From Eledone cirrhosa (Eukaryota), in the NCBI GenBank assembly GCA_964016885.1, contig OZ024749.1, positions 30,008,001 through 30,072,000 on the forward strand: 64,000 nucleotides of DNA, read 5' to 3'. Made by a program: the position numbers and the translations under genes. The notes below the pieces were generated by a model that saw nothing but the letters and a program-made list of their open reading frames with translations, was not told the origin of the DNA and did no database searches. This document shows, piece after piece, positions 40,900-55,129 of this stretch; positions within the stretch are counted from its first letter, which is position 1, and every line of letters starts with the position of its first letter.

Positions 40900-42580
40900 T
40901 AACGCCAATGTCAACTTGGCTTTCAATCTTTCCTGAGTCTAAAAAAATAAAATACCAATGAAATACTAATGGACATTCCGCCCTATTCCCTACAAAATGC
41001 TGGTCTAGTGCCATAATTAGAAACCGGTGGATGGCAGTATCAGTAAACGGTCAGACGTCATGCTTTGAAGCAAAGAGTTACAGCCATTTATGGTCTGAGT
41101 TCAAATCCCGCCCAGGTTAACTTTGCCTTTCATCCTTATGGGGTCGATAAAATAAAGCACCAGTAATACACTGGGGTAATTGCTGGCCTTGTGCCAAAAG
41201 TAGAAACAATTATTATATTTACGAAATAAGGGTGGTTTACTGGCAGTAATCCGTAGAGCGTTGGACAACATGCTTTGCGACATAAAGTTACGGCCCTTTA
41301 CGTTCTGAGTTCAAACCCCGACGCGGTTAGCTTTACTTTTCATCCTTACGAGGATATATAAAATAATGTACCAGTAACACACTGGCGTTGATTTAATCGC
41401 CTTTTCTCTGTCTCCAAAAATGCTGGCCTTGTGCATAAATTAGACACCATTATGAAGATCAACTTTGATTTTTATCCTTCTCAAGTAAAAAAAAAAATAA
41501 AGTACCAGTTATGTACCGGGTTTGATATAACCGACGATCAGCTTTCCCTTAAATAATTGTTTCTACTTTTTGGCACAAGGCCAGCAAATACCCAGTGCAT
41601 TACTGGTATAAAGTCAACCTCAGCGGGATTTGAACTCAGATCGTTAAGAGACGTAACAATGCTGGAAAGCATGGCGTCCGACCCTCTACCGATACTGCCA
41701 ATCCACCGCCTGTTATAATTGTTTCTACTTTTGGCACAAGGCCAGCAATTACCCAGTACATTACTGGTACTTTATTTTATCGACCCCGTAAGGATGAAAG
41801 GCAAAGTTAACCTCGGCGGGATTTGAACTCAGACCGTAAAGAGACGTAACTATGCTGCAAAGCATGGCGTCCGACCCTCTACCGATACTGCCAATTCACC
41901 GCCCCTTAAATAATGCTTTCCCTTAAATAATGCTGGCTTTGTGCCAAAATTAGAAGGTTTGTGGATTAGTAGTATCCGTCTAAGGTTACGGCCCTTTACG
42001 ATCTGTGTTCAAATCCCGCCGAGGTTAACTTTGCCTTTCATCCTTACGGGGTCAATAAAATAAAGAACCAGGGGTCGATTTAAACAACTTTTCACCATCT
42101 CGAAATATGCTGGCTTTGTACCAAAATTAGAGACGAAGAAAATAGCTCGACTAAACAGATCTAATTGTTTCTTATATAGGCAAAAAACCTGCAATTTTGC
42201 GGGACGAGAAAGTCGATTAAATCGACCTCAGTGCATGACTGGTGCTTTATTTTATCGACCCCGTAAGGATGAAAGGCAAAGTTAAGCTCGGCGGGATTTA
42301 AAATCAGATCATAGAGGGCCATTTGGCAGAAATCTGTAGAGGATCGGACGCCCTGCTTTGCAGCATAGAGTTACGTCCCTTTATGATCTGATTTCAAATA
42401 CCGCCGAGGTTAACTTTGCCTTTCATCCTTACGGGGTCGATAAAATAAAGTACCAGTCACGTACTTGGGTCGATTTAATCGACTTTCCCGTCCCGCAAAA
42501 TCTTTGGCTTTTTGCCTATATAAGAAACCATTATTATATTAACTAGATCTGTTTAGTCGAGCTATTTTCTTCGTTTCTAA
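40900..42580. mobile_element. Cluster of about 9 SINE family 2 copies in both orientations
   Basis: The ttaactttgcctttcatcctt domain recurs on + (approx. 40910, 41117, 41327, 41460, 42025, 42409) and on - (approx. 41610, 41790, 42267). Confidence 0.8.
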
Positions 42581-42842
42581 TCTTTATAAATTACATGTAA
42601 TGGAGTCGAACACATTATAAATAAACCCAATTATTCTTATTGAACATTCAACGAAATTATTTTACTGTACGATATACAAGAAATCAATTACTGGATATTG
42701 ATTGGCAAAGATGGTTATATGAAATTACATATTAGAGTTTTGTAAATATCTTTATAGACAATATGTGATTTACTTTCAACTTGATTTCACGTTAGAAATT
42801 AGGCAAGCATTAATGTATGTATGTATGCATGTATGTATGTCT

Positions 42843-44030
42843 CATGGTCGGGTCGTTGGCGACTAAACTGGCAACCCCACCAAGGTTTCTTGGTGAGGAG
42901 GGTGACTTTGGACATCCTGCAGGACTAAAAACAAAACCTGTCAAAGGGCAAAGGAGCTCTTAAGAGTCAATGGCCATCCAAAATCACTGGGAGAGATGAC
43001 CCCTTAGCCTTTGCCAAGGCAGAATTCTAGGAGAAGGAAAACTCTGATATAACACCTGCAACTCTGATGGTATCCAATGATGTTGACTTGTTCTTCTTTT
43101 TGGTAAATATCATCTTGGTTAAGAGAGTGGGACTGGCTTTGTGCAGTGCCTTTGCTCACTATAAAAGCTTCACGGCACAGGCATTGCTTTATATCTGGAG
43201 ATCTCTCTGCACTTGTCATCACATGGTACCATGGGCCCAGCACTATGTGTCAATAATTGTCACAAGTGTAGCGTTTGTACCAGAGTTTTCAAGTCGCTGG
43301 CTGGACGAAAAAGTCACATTCGTTCAGCGCATCGGTAGGGGTTCTCCTACATGGATATAAAGTAGTGGCCGTACTCGAAAACGAGTTGGCAGCCACCATG
43401 TATGTATGTATATATGTATGTTGTACTGGGATACATGTTACCAGTAGCACCAACTGGTGACCTGACATGGTCGGGTCGTTGGCGACTAAACTGGCAACCC
43501 CACCAAGGTTTCTCGGTGAGGAGGGTGACTTTGGACATCCTGCAGGACTAAAAACAAAACCTGTCAAAGGGCAAAGCAGCTCTTAAGAGTCAATGGCCAT
43601 CCAAAATCACCGGGAGAGATGAGCCCTTAGCCTTTGTCAAGGCAGAACTCTAGGAGAAGGAAAACTCTGATATAACACCTGCAACCCTGATGATATCCAA
43701 TGATGTTGACTTGTTCTTCTTTTTGGTAAATATCATCCTGGTTAAGAGAGTGGGATTGGCTTTGTGCAGTGCCTTTGCTCACTATAAAAGCTTCACGGCA
43801 CAGGCATTGCTTTATATCTGGAGATCTCTCTGCACTTGTCGTCACATGGTACCATGGGCCCAGCACTATGTGTCAATAATTGTCACAAGTGTAGTGTTTG
43901 TACCAGAGTTTTCAAGTCGCTGGCTGGACTAAAAAGTCACACTCGTTCAGCTCATTGGCAGGGGTTCTCCTACATGGATATAAAGCAGTGGCCGTACTCG
44001 AAAACGAGTTGGCAGCCACCATGTATGTAT
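42843..44030 (+). mobile_element. Head-to-tail dimer of the (TATG)n-tailed element
   Basis: Two near-identical copies, each ending ggcagccaccatgtatgta. The 3' part encodes a C2H2-like remnant, CSVCTRVFKSLAGLKSHTRSAH. Confidence 0.85.
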
Positions 44031-44110
44031 GTTCTCTCTTGCTCTTAATTTCGAGTATATTTTTGACCGGCCACCTTCCTGGTGGCAAGGTTGTAAAAGA
44101 AAAGAAATTG

Positions 44111-44428
44111 TCATCCCTTGAATCGCAAGAACGTTATGCACATTTTGAAGGTACCAGCTATCGCAGCCATTTGTAGACTATGAATTAGGGAGCTGCGCTC
44201 TTTGTCCGCAAATCCAATTTCAGTTATACATTGGTCCAAGCGGGTTGGTATATAATCCGTAGCTCCAATAATGATGGGTATGAAGCTAAATGTGTATCTT
44301 GGATACTGAATTTGTAAACTCCTCATCAATGGTCCGTAGATGTCCTCCTTCTCCTGTATTTTTCTGACAACATCAAGTGGGCAGCTGATCTCCACAACAG
44401 AACACGTTTTCAATGTGTGGTCCCAAAC
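44111..44428 (-). mobile_element. RLE-type non-LTR retrotransposon (R2/R4/NeSL-like) endonuclease remnant
   Basis: [13 protein letters not shown]...EKEDIYGPL...YPRYTFSFIPIIIGAT matches the C-terminal restriction-like endonuclease pattern. The 5' side abuts a microsatellite. Confidence 0.7.
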
Positions 44429-44610
44429 ATATGCATGTATGTATATATATATATTTGTATGTGTATATATATATATTTGTATGTGTACGTGTTTATATAT
44501 ATATATTTATATTTGTGTGTATATGTATGTATATATATATGTATATTTGTATGTGTATGTATGTATATATATACATACATGTGTATGTATGCATATATAT
44601 ATATATATAT

Positions 44611-44782
<172 letters not shown>

Positions 44783-45006
44783 ATGTGTGTGTGTAAGTTT
44801 CGAAGAACGTTTGTGCTATCGAACAAACAACCACGGCCCATCAATTATCACTATAAAATAGTTTGAAAGAAATAAGAGGGTATAAAGTGGATATTTATAT
44901 GTAATTATCTCCCTTTAGTTTCCCCACTTGTAAACAAAAGGGATTATACCTCCAATTTATTTCCACCTATCCTACAGTGATCATTCGTACTTCATTATTC
45001 CGAAAT

Positions 45007-45482
45007 GCTAAAACATACTTCGAAATCTGAATAGCTAAAACAGACTTCGAAATCTGACTGGCTAAAACAGACTTCGAAATCTGACTAGCTAAAACAGACT
45101 TCGAAATCTGCAAAGCTAAAACTTACTTCGAAATCTGACTGGCTAAACCAGACTTCGAAATCTGACTAGCTAAAACAGACTTCGAAATCTGCAAAGCTAA
45201 AACAGACTTCGAAATCTGACTGGCTAAAACAGACTTCGAAATCTGCAAAGCTAAAACTTACTTCGAAATCTGACTGGCTAAAACAGACTTCGAAATCTGC
45301 AAAGCTAAAACAGACTTCGAAATCTGAAAAGCTAAAACAGACTTCGAAATCTGCAAAGCTAAAACTTACTTCGAAATCTGAAAAGCTAAAAGAGACTTCG
45401 AAATCTGACTAGCTAAAACAGACTTCAAAATCTAAAAAGCTAAAACTTATTTCGAAATCTGACTAGCTAAAACTTCGAAATT
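45007..45482. repeat. 27-bp minisatellite, about 17 copies
   Basis: gctaaaacagacttcgaaatctgacta units. Confidence 0.92.
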
Positions 45483-46124
45483 TCCATCTCTCATTCACGC
45501 TTCCTATTTGATGTTAACATTTTTATTGAAACTTTATAAAAATAATTAATTACATTTTAGTCATTTATCTTTAGTATAAGATGTTCAGGAAATTAATATA
45601 TTTTGCGAGACATTATAAATTATCTAATTCATAATCTCAATGAAATCAGCAATCAGTGATTTGAAAAAACAAAACATAAATAAATAAATAAAACGAACTG
45701 AAAAAATTAATAGAAATAAAAATAAAAATAAAATGGCTAACAGAATTAAAATATAACAGAATTATCTAAAATAAATCGTGTAAATAAGAATAAGACAAAT
45801 AATATAAAATATAAATGAAATATTGTAACATATAACTATAATAAGATGTATAATATAAATAAACTAAATGGTGAAAAATTCTAAATAAATATAATGTGAA
45901 TTGTCTGATGAAACAAAACAACATGAATATCTGTCCTCCATTAACTTTCAATGACTTGTAAAGAATTCTTTGTTTCTGGTGAACTTGAATATTATTTAGT
46001 GCAAAGTATCTAAACATCTTTTAAAGGTAGGATAAGATGTGATCCATCGCTATATATTCATGAACAATAGAACACACACGCACACACATACACATACACA
46101 CAGATACACACACAATGCTAAAAG

Positions 46125-46524
46125 TTTAAAAGTCTAAGGTCTGTCGCAATCTTGGAAGCTCATTAGGCCAGTAATTATCCTGGTTTCCATGGCGTTAAGC
46201 GGCTGAGAGTACAAGACAGGACGCCAGTTCATCGCAGGGTTAAAATCTGTTTCGAGCTAGGATTTTCATCAGGTCGGTGCTTATCTTGGTCTCCGTGGCC
46301 TTATGTAACTGAGAATACAAGACAGTCTCCTGGACAGGACGCCAGTTCTTTGCAGGATTAAACCTCCTGTTATTGCTGGTTCTCATTTTCAGCTGAGTAT
46401 ACTGGGCAACGTGAAATGAAATGTTTTGCTCAAGAAGAAATCACCCAACCCAGTCCAGGAATCGAACCCACGACATTATGACCGTCAGTCTAGAACCCTT
46501 ACCACTACGCTACGCACCTCACAC
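46125..46524 (-). mobile_element. SINE family 1 with duplicated 3' part
   Basis: Homologous to 12880-13158. The gagtacaagac..ggacgccagt segment occurs twice. Confidence 0.7.
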
Positions 46525-47920
46525 AATGCTCACTTACACCAAATCAAATTATTTCCACATTATTTTCCCATCTCTAAACAGTTCTATATTACGTACTCAC
46601 TTCTCGCGGCATCTCATCACAAAATCTCTTTCATGAATTTTGATTATCACGCCTGAAGAAAAGGTAGCATCATAAATATTAAATATAAATAAACCTTATC
46701 AATAATTTGAGGTCTGGAGGTCTCCCACTATAGGACACATATAACGTATAACCCTCCACGCCCAATATAAGCTGGTATCTTTAAAGGTAGAGTGCATAAA
46801 TTGTCCAGAAAACAACAACAAACAGGTTTTAGTAGCCTACTACTTTGCCATTATCCACCAGAAGTCTCAAAGTCTGAGCAAACATACAAATCACGAATGC
46901 CGGAATAAAACATGACATTAACAGGAATAATCTTGTGAATGTACACAGAAATATAATTTAAAATATGTTGTTGGCTGATATTGAAATAGTTCGAATAACA
47001 GAAAATGTGAAATGGAATTTTAACGATAACCTACCAAACAGAAGTCTTAAAGCAACATGCATGATTTATGATGTAAGAAAACTTTCTGAACAAATACTGA
47101 AACAAATACTGGTAAGTTTCAGAATGTGTAGTACAAATATAAAAAAAGCAAAGAATGACAAATAAAACAAAGTATTTCACGCAGTATATTTCAACATAAT
47201 ATTTCAGGGTTAAGGCCCTCTTGTAAATTGCGAAATGAAAGCGGTTTGAGACAAAAATGAACTATCGATGTGTTCTTCCCTAACTGCTCTATGTGTCTTA
47301 AATACGCATGCGTGGGGCCGTTATAGTACCCTCTTTTAAATTGTGAAACGAAAACGGTTCAAGAGAAAAATTAACTATCCATGTGTTCTTCCCTAACTGG
47401 TCTATCTGTCTAAAATACGCATGCGTGGGGCCGTTATAGTAACCAATCTGATTCATGTATTTCCAATCTATTATTTATTTACTTCATAAATAGCATACAG
47501 AGGAACATTTTGATAAAATCCCTGACAATGTAAATGGATTTCTGACTGATAATTTTACCAGAGCTGGAAAAGCAGAATGTGATTGAAAGGATTAAAGAGC
47601 AAAATATGAATCTGAGTGACAACCATGATCCTCCAAATATCCATTAATATAACAAAAACGAAAATAATAAACTTGAGTAAAGATCATAAACAGAAATGAA
47701 GTTGACATCTCATCTCCTACCGAACTAATATATGCTGCTGTTATTGTGAGCAGTAAAATGTACAGCATGAAACTCAGAACAACAAGGTATCAAACTCTCA
47801 AGAAATGCCAACATAAAAAAAGGTCAAGAAACAAATCAATATTCTTCGTTCTGAGAGAAATACTACAAAGATATTGGCGAAATAGTCAATAGTCCTTGGA
47901 AAGAAACAATATAGTTATTA

Positions 47921-48110
47921 TACGAGAGTCGGCTGAAAGCTTCATAGGTTGACCAAGATACTCTCATGAAATGACCAAATGAGGTTTAAATTTTAACATA
48001 GTCCCTAGAAAGAACTAGTAAGAAGAGTTGAAATTAATGCATGCAAAATTTCACAGCCTAAGCATCAAAACTTTATAGTGAGCCTGTGAATGTTTTAGCT
48101 CACCCTCATG
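47921..48110. mobile_element. Degenerate Tc1/mariner-type MITE
   Basis: tacgagagtcggctgaaagcttcatagg is imperfectly inverted to cctgtgaatgttttagctcaccctcatg. A similar TIR end (tttcagccaaccctcgta) lies at 58691-58708. Confidence 0.5.
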
Positions 48111-48979
48111 CATAACTTCTGGAATATAATATGATCTATTGAAAAAGAACATGACCCTAATGCCGTGCGCATTAATCAATAAGAACCAGATATAAGACAT
48201 ATGAAAGAAGAGAGGTGGGTGTAGATAAGTGTAGAGGATGTCAAATTTACATTACAAAAATATCCAGTAAATGTAAATCTGGAAAGGATGAATTTGCATT
48301 ATTTTGGTAGATTGTCTTGACAAATTCCTCATGAAAAGTAAAATGTATTTAACAATGTCATATTAAAAACAGAAAGAGAACAAAGAATGGCCCCTGAGAG
48401 ACTGGTTAATGGTAAAACCTTCTTATTCTAGAAGTGATGAAACAAAGAATTTCCTCTAAATTATAGGCTAATAACGTGCCTGAGAAAAATGTACAAAATC
48501 AGTTCTGTTAGAACTCACTCTTTACTACAAAAACTGTAGTACATTGAAAATATATATTACGTTAACACTTGATATAGTAGAATAAGAAGAGTCTTAATAT
48601 TTCGGACGATTGTCCTTTATCGGAGGATAGAATGATGAATAAAAAAAATAGAAAGACAGAGGAGAGGGAGAAGTGAAAGAAACGGCAAAAAATATTTGGA
48701 GAAAAAGCATGTATTCACTGAGCCACATACATATACATAATCATGCATACAAACACACACACAGCCACACAAACACATGTGTATGTATATATACATACAT
48801 ATTTAAAGAAATTACTTCTACAGAATAAGAAAGAGATTCTAAAAGATGATGAAAAATGAGATGGGTATAGAGAGAGGGAGAAGAAGATATATATATATAT
48901 ATACGTATGCATGCATAGGTTATTCTTACTTATGTCTTTTTGGCGTCTATACAAGCGTTATATGACCCTAGGGAAATGA

Positions 48980-49298
48980 CTCTCTTCGATCATGAATGAC
49001 CATGGGATTTACACCTAGAATCCAAGTCCAGGCGAGGTTGTTTGTGGAAGACCAGCAGTGACCCATGCATACCAGCCTCCTCTCTCCATGCCAATGATGA
49101 TGTCCAAAGGAAAGGCAATGGCCGCTACAGCTTGACACTAGAGACGTTGCAACTCATTTGTACAGCTGAGAAAACTGGAGCAATGTGAAATAAAGTGTCT
49201 TGCTTAAGAACACAACGCATCACCAGGTCCGAGAATCGAACTCACAACCTCTCAATTGCAAGCCCAATGCTCTAACCACATAGTCATGCTCCTTCACA
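48980..49298 (-). mobile_element. SINE family 1 head with RTE-like body
   Basis: cagctgagaaaactggagcaatgtgaaataaagtgtcttg...ctctaaccac. Confidence 0.65.
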
Positions 49299-49731
49299 TT
49301 AATCGTCAACTGTATAAAATAAGATCTTTAATTGTGTGAAGGGTTTCTACGTAGTAAGTATGGCGGCTGCTGTTACTACTAATGATAAAAGTACGTCGTT
49401 TGCGAATTAATCACATATAGCAGATTGCATCTTCTCCACTTTTCTTCATCTGAATAGCTTTTGTTGATTACCTGTGATTGCCTGTGATCAGATTTACCTG
49501 TTTTTTAAAACCAGGTCATCTGAAGAAAAAATGATCAGCGTACAACAAATTCTATTTTCAATGTATACAATTATTTCTAGTTTTTTGGTTGTGTCTGTTA
49601 GTCTTTGCGTTGTTAACATCTTTCGTTTATATATATATATATCTATCTATCTTAAATGTAAGTATGTATGTATACGTAAGTAAGTGCCGTATTAAGAGTG
49701 AGAAATGAAATTTCGTTTCATTCTATTCCAT

Positions 49732-49763
<32 letters not shown>

Positions 49764-49796
49764 TATTATATATATATATATATAATATAGAAATGG

Positions 49797-49899
<103 letters not shown>

Positions 49900-49952
49900 G
49901 TGTATACATGTGTGTATATGTGTATATATACATATATATGTCTGTGTGTGTG

Positions 49953-49984
<32 letters not shown>

Positions 49985-50077
49985 CATACATATATATATG
50001 TGTGTGTGATATATGTGCATATATGTGTGTATATATATGTGTATGTTTATATATATATATGCGTGTGTGTGTGTGTT

Positions 50078-50157
<80 letters not shown>

Positions 50158-51546
50158 TTATTTCTGTGTTTCAATCTTCATAGCTCTAGTTTTTTTCTCT
50201 TCTACATTCTATGTATAATTGAACTTTTCACCATTCTAGTCATGATTCTCAACGATTCTCTTCTTGATATCTTTTTTAAACATTCATTACTCTAAATATT
50301 TGCAGCTTCATTTTTATAGACTGTCTTCATTTCTTTCTCAAGGGAGACAACTTCCTAGAAAGTGGAACTCTCATAATTACATGAACATAAAAACGAATGA
50401 CCTTCTGAATATTAGTTTGCTTTTTTAGCCATGTGTATATTTGTTGAAGTAAACATTTCTGTTATATTTCAGTTATAATAACGTTATTGATTTCAGTTTG
50501 ATCCACTCTGACTGGTTGAATTGACACCAGTTTATCACTGGTATTACATTTAAAGATGCCTGTGGCGTAAAAGCAAATAATATCGGGTTGATATGACTAG
50601 ATTCAAAATCAGAGTTTAGAACAAAGGAATACAACCAAAGTCTAACTTCCTGTATCCAAGGGATAAAGGTATTTTTCGGAATATAAACCACATACTTGTT
50701 TTGGAAGAGGATTATTCCACTATATAAGGTGTTTATTCATTGTATAAGATGCAACAAGATTTTGACGTTAAACTTTAGACCAAAATGTGTGAATTATACA
50801 GCAAAAATCTGGTAACTGTTTTACGAATCTACAATATCTAAACAACAACAACTACATCAATGACAGCAACAACTACAACGTTGACAACAACAACTACAAT
50901 AATCCAATCACCCTCGTTCCCTCCCCACCATCATCATAAACAACAACAACTCAATCAGTAGTGAAGATTGAGTAGGATAAAAGGCAAAACATTTTTTTAA
51001 CAGAATTGAATGTTATAACAATGATGAACGAGAATATATGCATGATATATATAAGTATATATATATTTATTTATTTATATAAGTATATATTATATATAAG
51101 TATATGATATATATAAGTATATATTTATTTATTTATATATATATATAGTTGATAAATAAATTTATTTATATATATATATATAGTTGATAAATGAATCAAA
51201 AATACAATGTCATATATATACATACTATTTATACATATATACACACTATATATACATATATACACACTATATATACATATATACACACAATATATACATA
51301 TATACACACTATATATACATATATAACATATTTATACACCATATATACATATATATATATACTACATATACATATTTATATATATCTATATATACGATAT
51401 ATATATATGTATATATATATACTATATATACATATATATATATACTATATATACATATATATATACTATATATATATACTATATATACATATATATATAC
51501 TATATATACATATATATATATACTATATATATACATATATATATAA

Positions 51547-51628
<82 letters not shown>

Positions 51629-51757
51629 GTGTGTGTGTGTATATATATATGTGAGTGTGTGTGTGTATGATTGTGTATATGTATGTGTAACATTGATGGA
51701 CGAGAGCAAATGCCTAAAAACCTCCTCTGATTTGTGCCAAATTGTTATCTTAAGTAG

Positions 51758-51788
<31 letters not shown>

Positions 51789-51815
51789 TGTGATATATAT
51801 ATGTATGTATGTATG

Positions 51816-51877
<62 letters not shown>

Positions 51878-51975
51878 TGTAAATGATTATATATATAATT
51901 ATGTAAATGATTATATGTAAATATATATATGTATGCGTGTGTGTGTTTGCGTGTGCCTGTGTGTATATGTTTGTC

Positions 51976-52010
<35 letters not shown>

Positions 52011-52309
52011 TATGAGTAGAAATCAAACTTTGAAGAAATACTGTCACAGCAACTGACTATGTGTATATATATATGATGGAGAGATACATAAACATCTAAA
52101 TTCACAACTATATCTATTTTTCTGTTTAGGGTTTCTTCCTTTAGTTTTTCTTGGTTTATATTTTTTGCCGTTACTTATCTATTGTTTGTATATTGCAAAA
52201 AAACAGCAAAACCAAAATCACTCTCAAAACAACAAAAACAACAACAAATGTGGTATTTGGCCTATCTGTATGTCTAACATGTTCAATTGTTGAATATGAT
52301 AGGATTTAT

Positions 52310-52650
52310 ACCTAATCATACTGTAAATACTGTCATGTTTATTATAGAGTAAAAGTGGTAGGCTATATTAAGGTTTTGTAAATATCATCAACTGTAAATA
52401 TTGTCATGTTTATTATATGGGAAAAGTAGTCGGCTTATATTAAGGTTTTGGGCATCTCTTCAACAGTAAATATTGTCATGTTTAGGGTAAAGGTGATAGA
52501 CTATATTAAGACTTTTGAAATATCATCAACTGTAAATATTGTCATGTTTATTATAGGGTAAAAATGGTAGGCTATATTAAGGATTTGGGCATCTCTTCAA
52601 CTGTAAATATTGCCATGTTTCTTATATGGCAAAAATGATAGAATATATCA
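52310..52650. repeat. Degenerate tandem repeat of roughly 65-70 bp
   Basis: actgtaaatattgtcatgtttattata...ctatattaagg repeated about 5 times. Confidence 0.75.
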
Positions 52651-52655
52651 AGGCA

Positions 52656-53047
52656 TGGAGGCACATAGCTTAGTGGTTAGAGCATTGGGATTGCAATCGG
52701 AAGGTTGTGAGTTCAATTCTCCGACCGAGTGATGTGTTGTTTCCTTGAGCAAGACACTTTATTTCAAATTGCTCCAGTTTACTCAGCTGTAGAAATGAGA
52801 TGATAGGACTGGAGTCCCTATCATTCCACTGCAAAGCGGTCGCGGAGGTACCAAGGCAAAAAAGCACCCAGCCCACACTGTAAACTGGACGTGTAGGCGC
52901 CATGGAAAAAAAATCACCCAGCACTCACTGTAAATGAGGTTGGTGTTAGGAAGGGCATCCATTTTGTAGAAACCAAGCCAGAATCAGTTCCCGTCCTACT
53001 CTTGTAAGCAGGGAAAAGCGGACGTAAAATGATGATGATGATGATGA
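52656..53047 (+). mobile_element. Full-length SINE family 1 with (GAT)n tail
   Basis: tRNA-like head ggaggcacatagcttagtggttagagc..gagttcaattc, then ccttgagcaagacactt, ending aaatgatgatgat. Confidence 0.85.
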
Positions 53048-54026
53048 TATTAAGGTTTTGGACATAACCCTAACCCCAACACTGAACTACAAGACATATG
53101 GAAGTGGATTTGTTAGATTTTTAATCTCATTTGTTTAAATTGAAATCGTTATTGGGTGTAGACATGTAATTTCTGCGAGATAAATGGTTATATAAAAATA
53201 GGAATAAAAATAAAACTGAAAAATGAAAGATGGAAAAATGAAACTTAGTTTATAAATCAGAAAATATTATTTTTGTTGTATATACATCTACATTTGCATA
53301 ACTTGCTCGTGTTTTGTTTATTTCCTTATCAAAGTAGATAATTGAAGAAGTATCAGTGAGTTACAAATTTCTATTTTGATACAATGAAGCACCATGAACT
53401 GTTGAACGAAAGCTAGCATATAATAATAAAACAGTGAATGTAATTCTGTGATGTCAGAAAGAATTGTGTATTCCAAAAACTCACGACATTATGATCGTAA
53501 GTCCAATACCCTTACCACTAAACCACACACCTCCACTATGGTCGCATGCCCTTCCTAAATCCATTATTTAAATATGTTATTAATATCTAAAGCAACAGCA
53601 ACAGAAAAAAACCTATCAGAACAAACCAAAAGAAAAAATATCAACAGCGGCAATAATTGTTTTTGTTTTTACAATTATTTACTATTCTTGCAATAAAATA
53701 TAATACAAACACTAACGATTGATTAAACAATATTTTGTGAGCTGATTGTATAACAGTGAATCCAGTTTAAAGTCAATAGAAAGTGGATAAGAATTGTATG
53801 TATGTGAGTATATCAGAGCTGTCAACTCTCCCATCCAATGGGGTGATCTCCCATCCACTTTGGCGGCGTGGGTGAGAGATGTCTTCACTTGTGAAAATGG
53901 GTATAGCTTACATTATGTAAAATCTCACCACTTTGCCTCATTTCTTCCTGTTTTGGGACAATTTTTTTTTATGATGCTCACCGTTTGGGTTTTTAGAGGT
54001 TAGCAAGTCTGGTATTTATCTATATT

Positions 54027-54458
54027 TCATAATTCTTCCGAACATGATACGACAGTGATTTTAACATCTGAACTAGAATTGCTGTGTTCGATTTTCTCCT
54101 CATTAGCTTTGTTGTGATGTCGTCGACTGTGGTTTAATGATGTAGATCTCGTTGTGAATGACACCGTAGATCTTCGGCTAGAGCGATCACGGCTGTTTGT
54201 TGCTCTTCCGCTTCTGTTGCACATGTTACGGAATATATGTTTGAATGACTCTCGGAAATTTCTAGATAGAAATGAATAAACAACTGGGTTGATGCAACTG
54301 TTGAAGTAGGACATGAGATGAAAAGCCATGCGCATAGGTTTCATGTGACCATAATGAAGTACTGGTAATATTTCGAAGCCAACCAAAACATTATTGATGA
54401 GAATCGGAGCCCAACAGAGGACAAATAGCAGGACAACAACCGCTAGCATCTTCAGAAC
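54027..54458 (-). CDS. Class A (rhodopsin-like) neuropeptide-type GPCR, last coding exon (TM6, TM7, C-tail)
   Basis: Acceptor ctacag|GTT CTG AAG ATG. VLKMLAVVVLLFVLCWAP (CWxP), YFNSCINPVVY (NPxxY), helix 8 SRNFRESF, Ser/Thr-rich tail, TGA stop. Confidence 0.93.
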   Translation of the reverse strand, partial: VLKMLAVVVLLFVLCWAPILINNVLVGFEILPVLHYGHMKPMRMAFHLMSYFNSCINPVVYSFLSRNFRESFKHIFRNMCNRSGRATNSRDRSSRRSTVSFTTRSTSLNHSRRHHNKANEEKIEHSNSSSDVKITVVSCSEEL

Positions 54459-55129
54459 CTGTAGACATAAAAACAGAACAAATGTTACAAAGAAAAGTAT
54501 GGGTTAACTTCTATTTTGTCAAATACTATCCTGTCTACAGTTCTCTAAGGAAACTGTAGCATGTAGGGCCCCTCCAGAGTAACAGGACACTGGGTCCACA
54601 ATAATGCATATATCATTTATACTCAATTCTGTGATATACAAAACTGCATTATCTCTAAGAAAACTGTGATATACAAAACTCTGTGATATGGAAAATAATA
54701 TCTCCAAGGAAACCTTAGCATTACTATAATGTATCTTATATATAATTAAGTGTTATATAGCAAACTGCATTATTAACCATTAAACTAAGAAATGATGGGT
54801 AAGGTTTCCAATTAATATAAAATTATTTCAGAACGAATAATATGAAGTTACATATTTGATATAGGTTAAACTATTTAATAAATAGAGAGGATGGAATTTT
54901 GTATTGAATGTTCAGGAACAGGGATGAGAAGAAAAACTGGAATGTTAAAAGAATGAGAAGCGTTAACAATACAGAAAAGTTCAATGATACAGAACTGTTG
55001 AGAGGGGGGGGGGGGGTAAGAGAGAAGGAAAGAGTGAGAGAGAGAGAAGCGTTAAAACAAAAATAGCGTTAAACGAACCATAGCATTAAAGTAAACAGAA
55101 GCACTAAAAGTACAAGTGTTGAAAGAAAC

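Noticed and set aside
45007-45482. CRISPR-like appearance of palindromic repeats (also considered for 11278-12362 and 62715-64000)
   Set aside because: No unique spacers, no cas genes, and a eukaryotic context.
52656-52730. tRNA-like sequence
   Set aside because: It is the head of a SINE and continues into SINE body and tail; not a tRNA gene.
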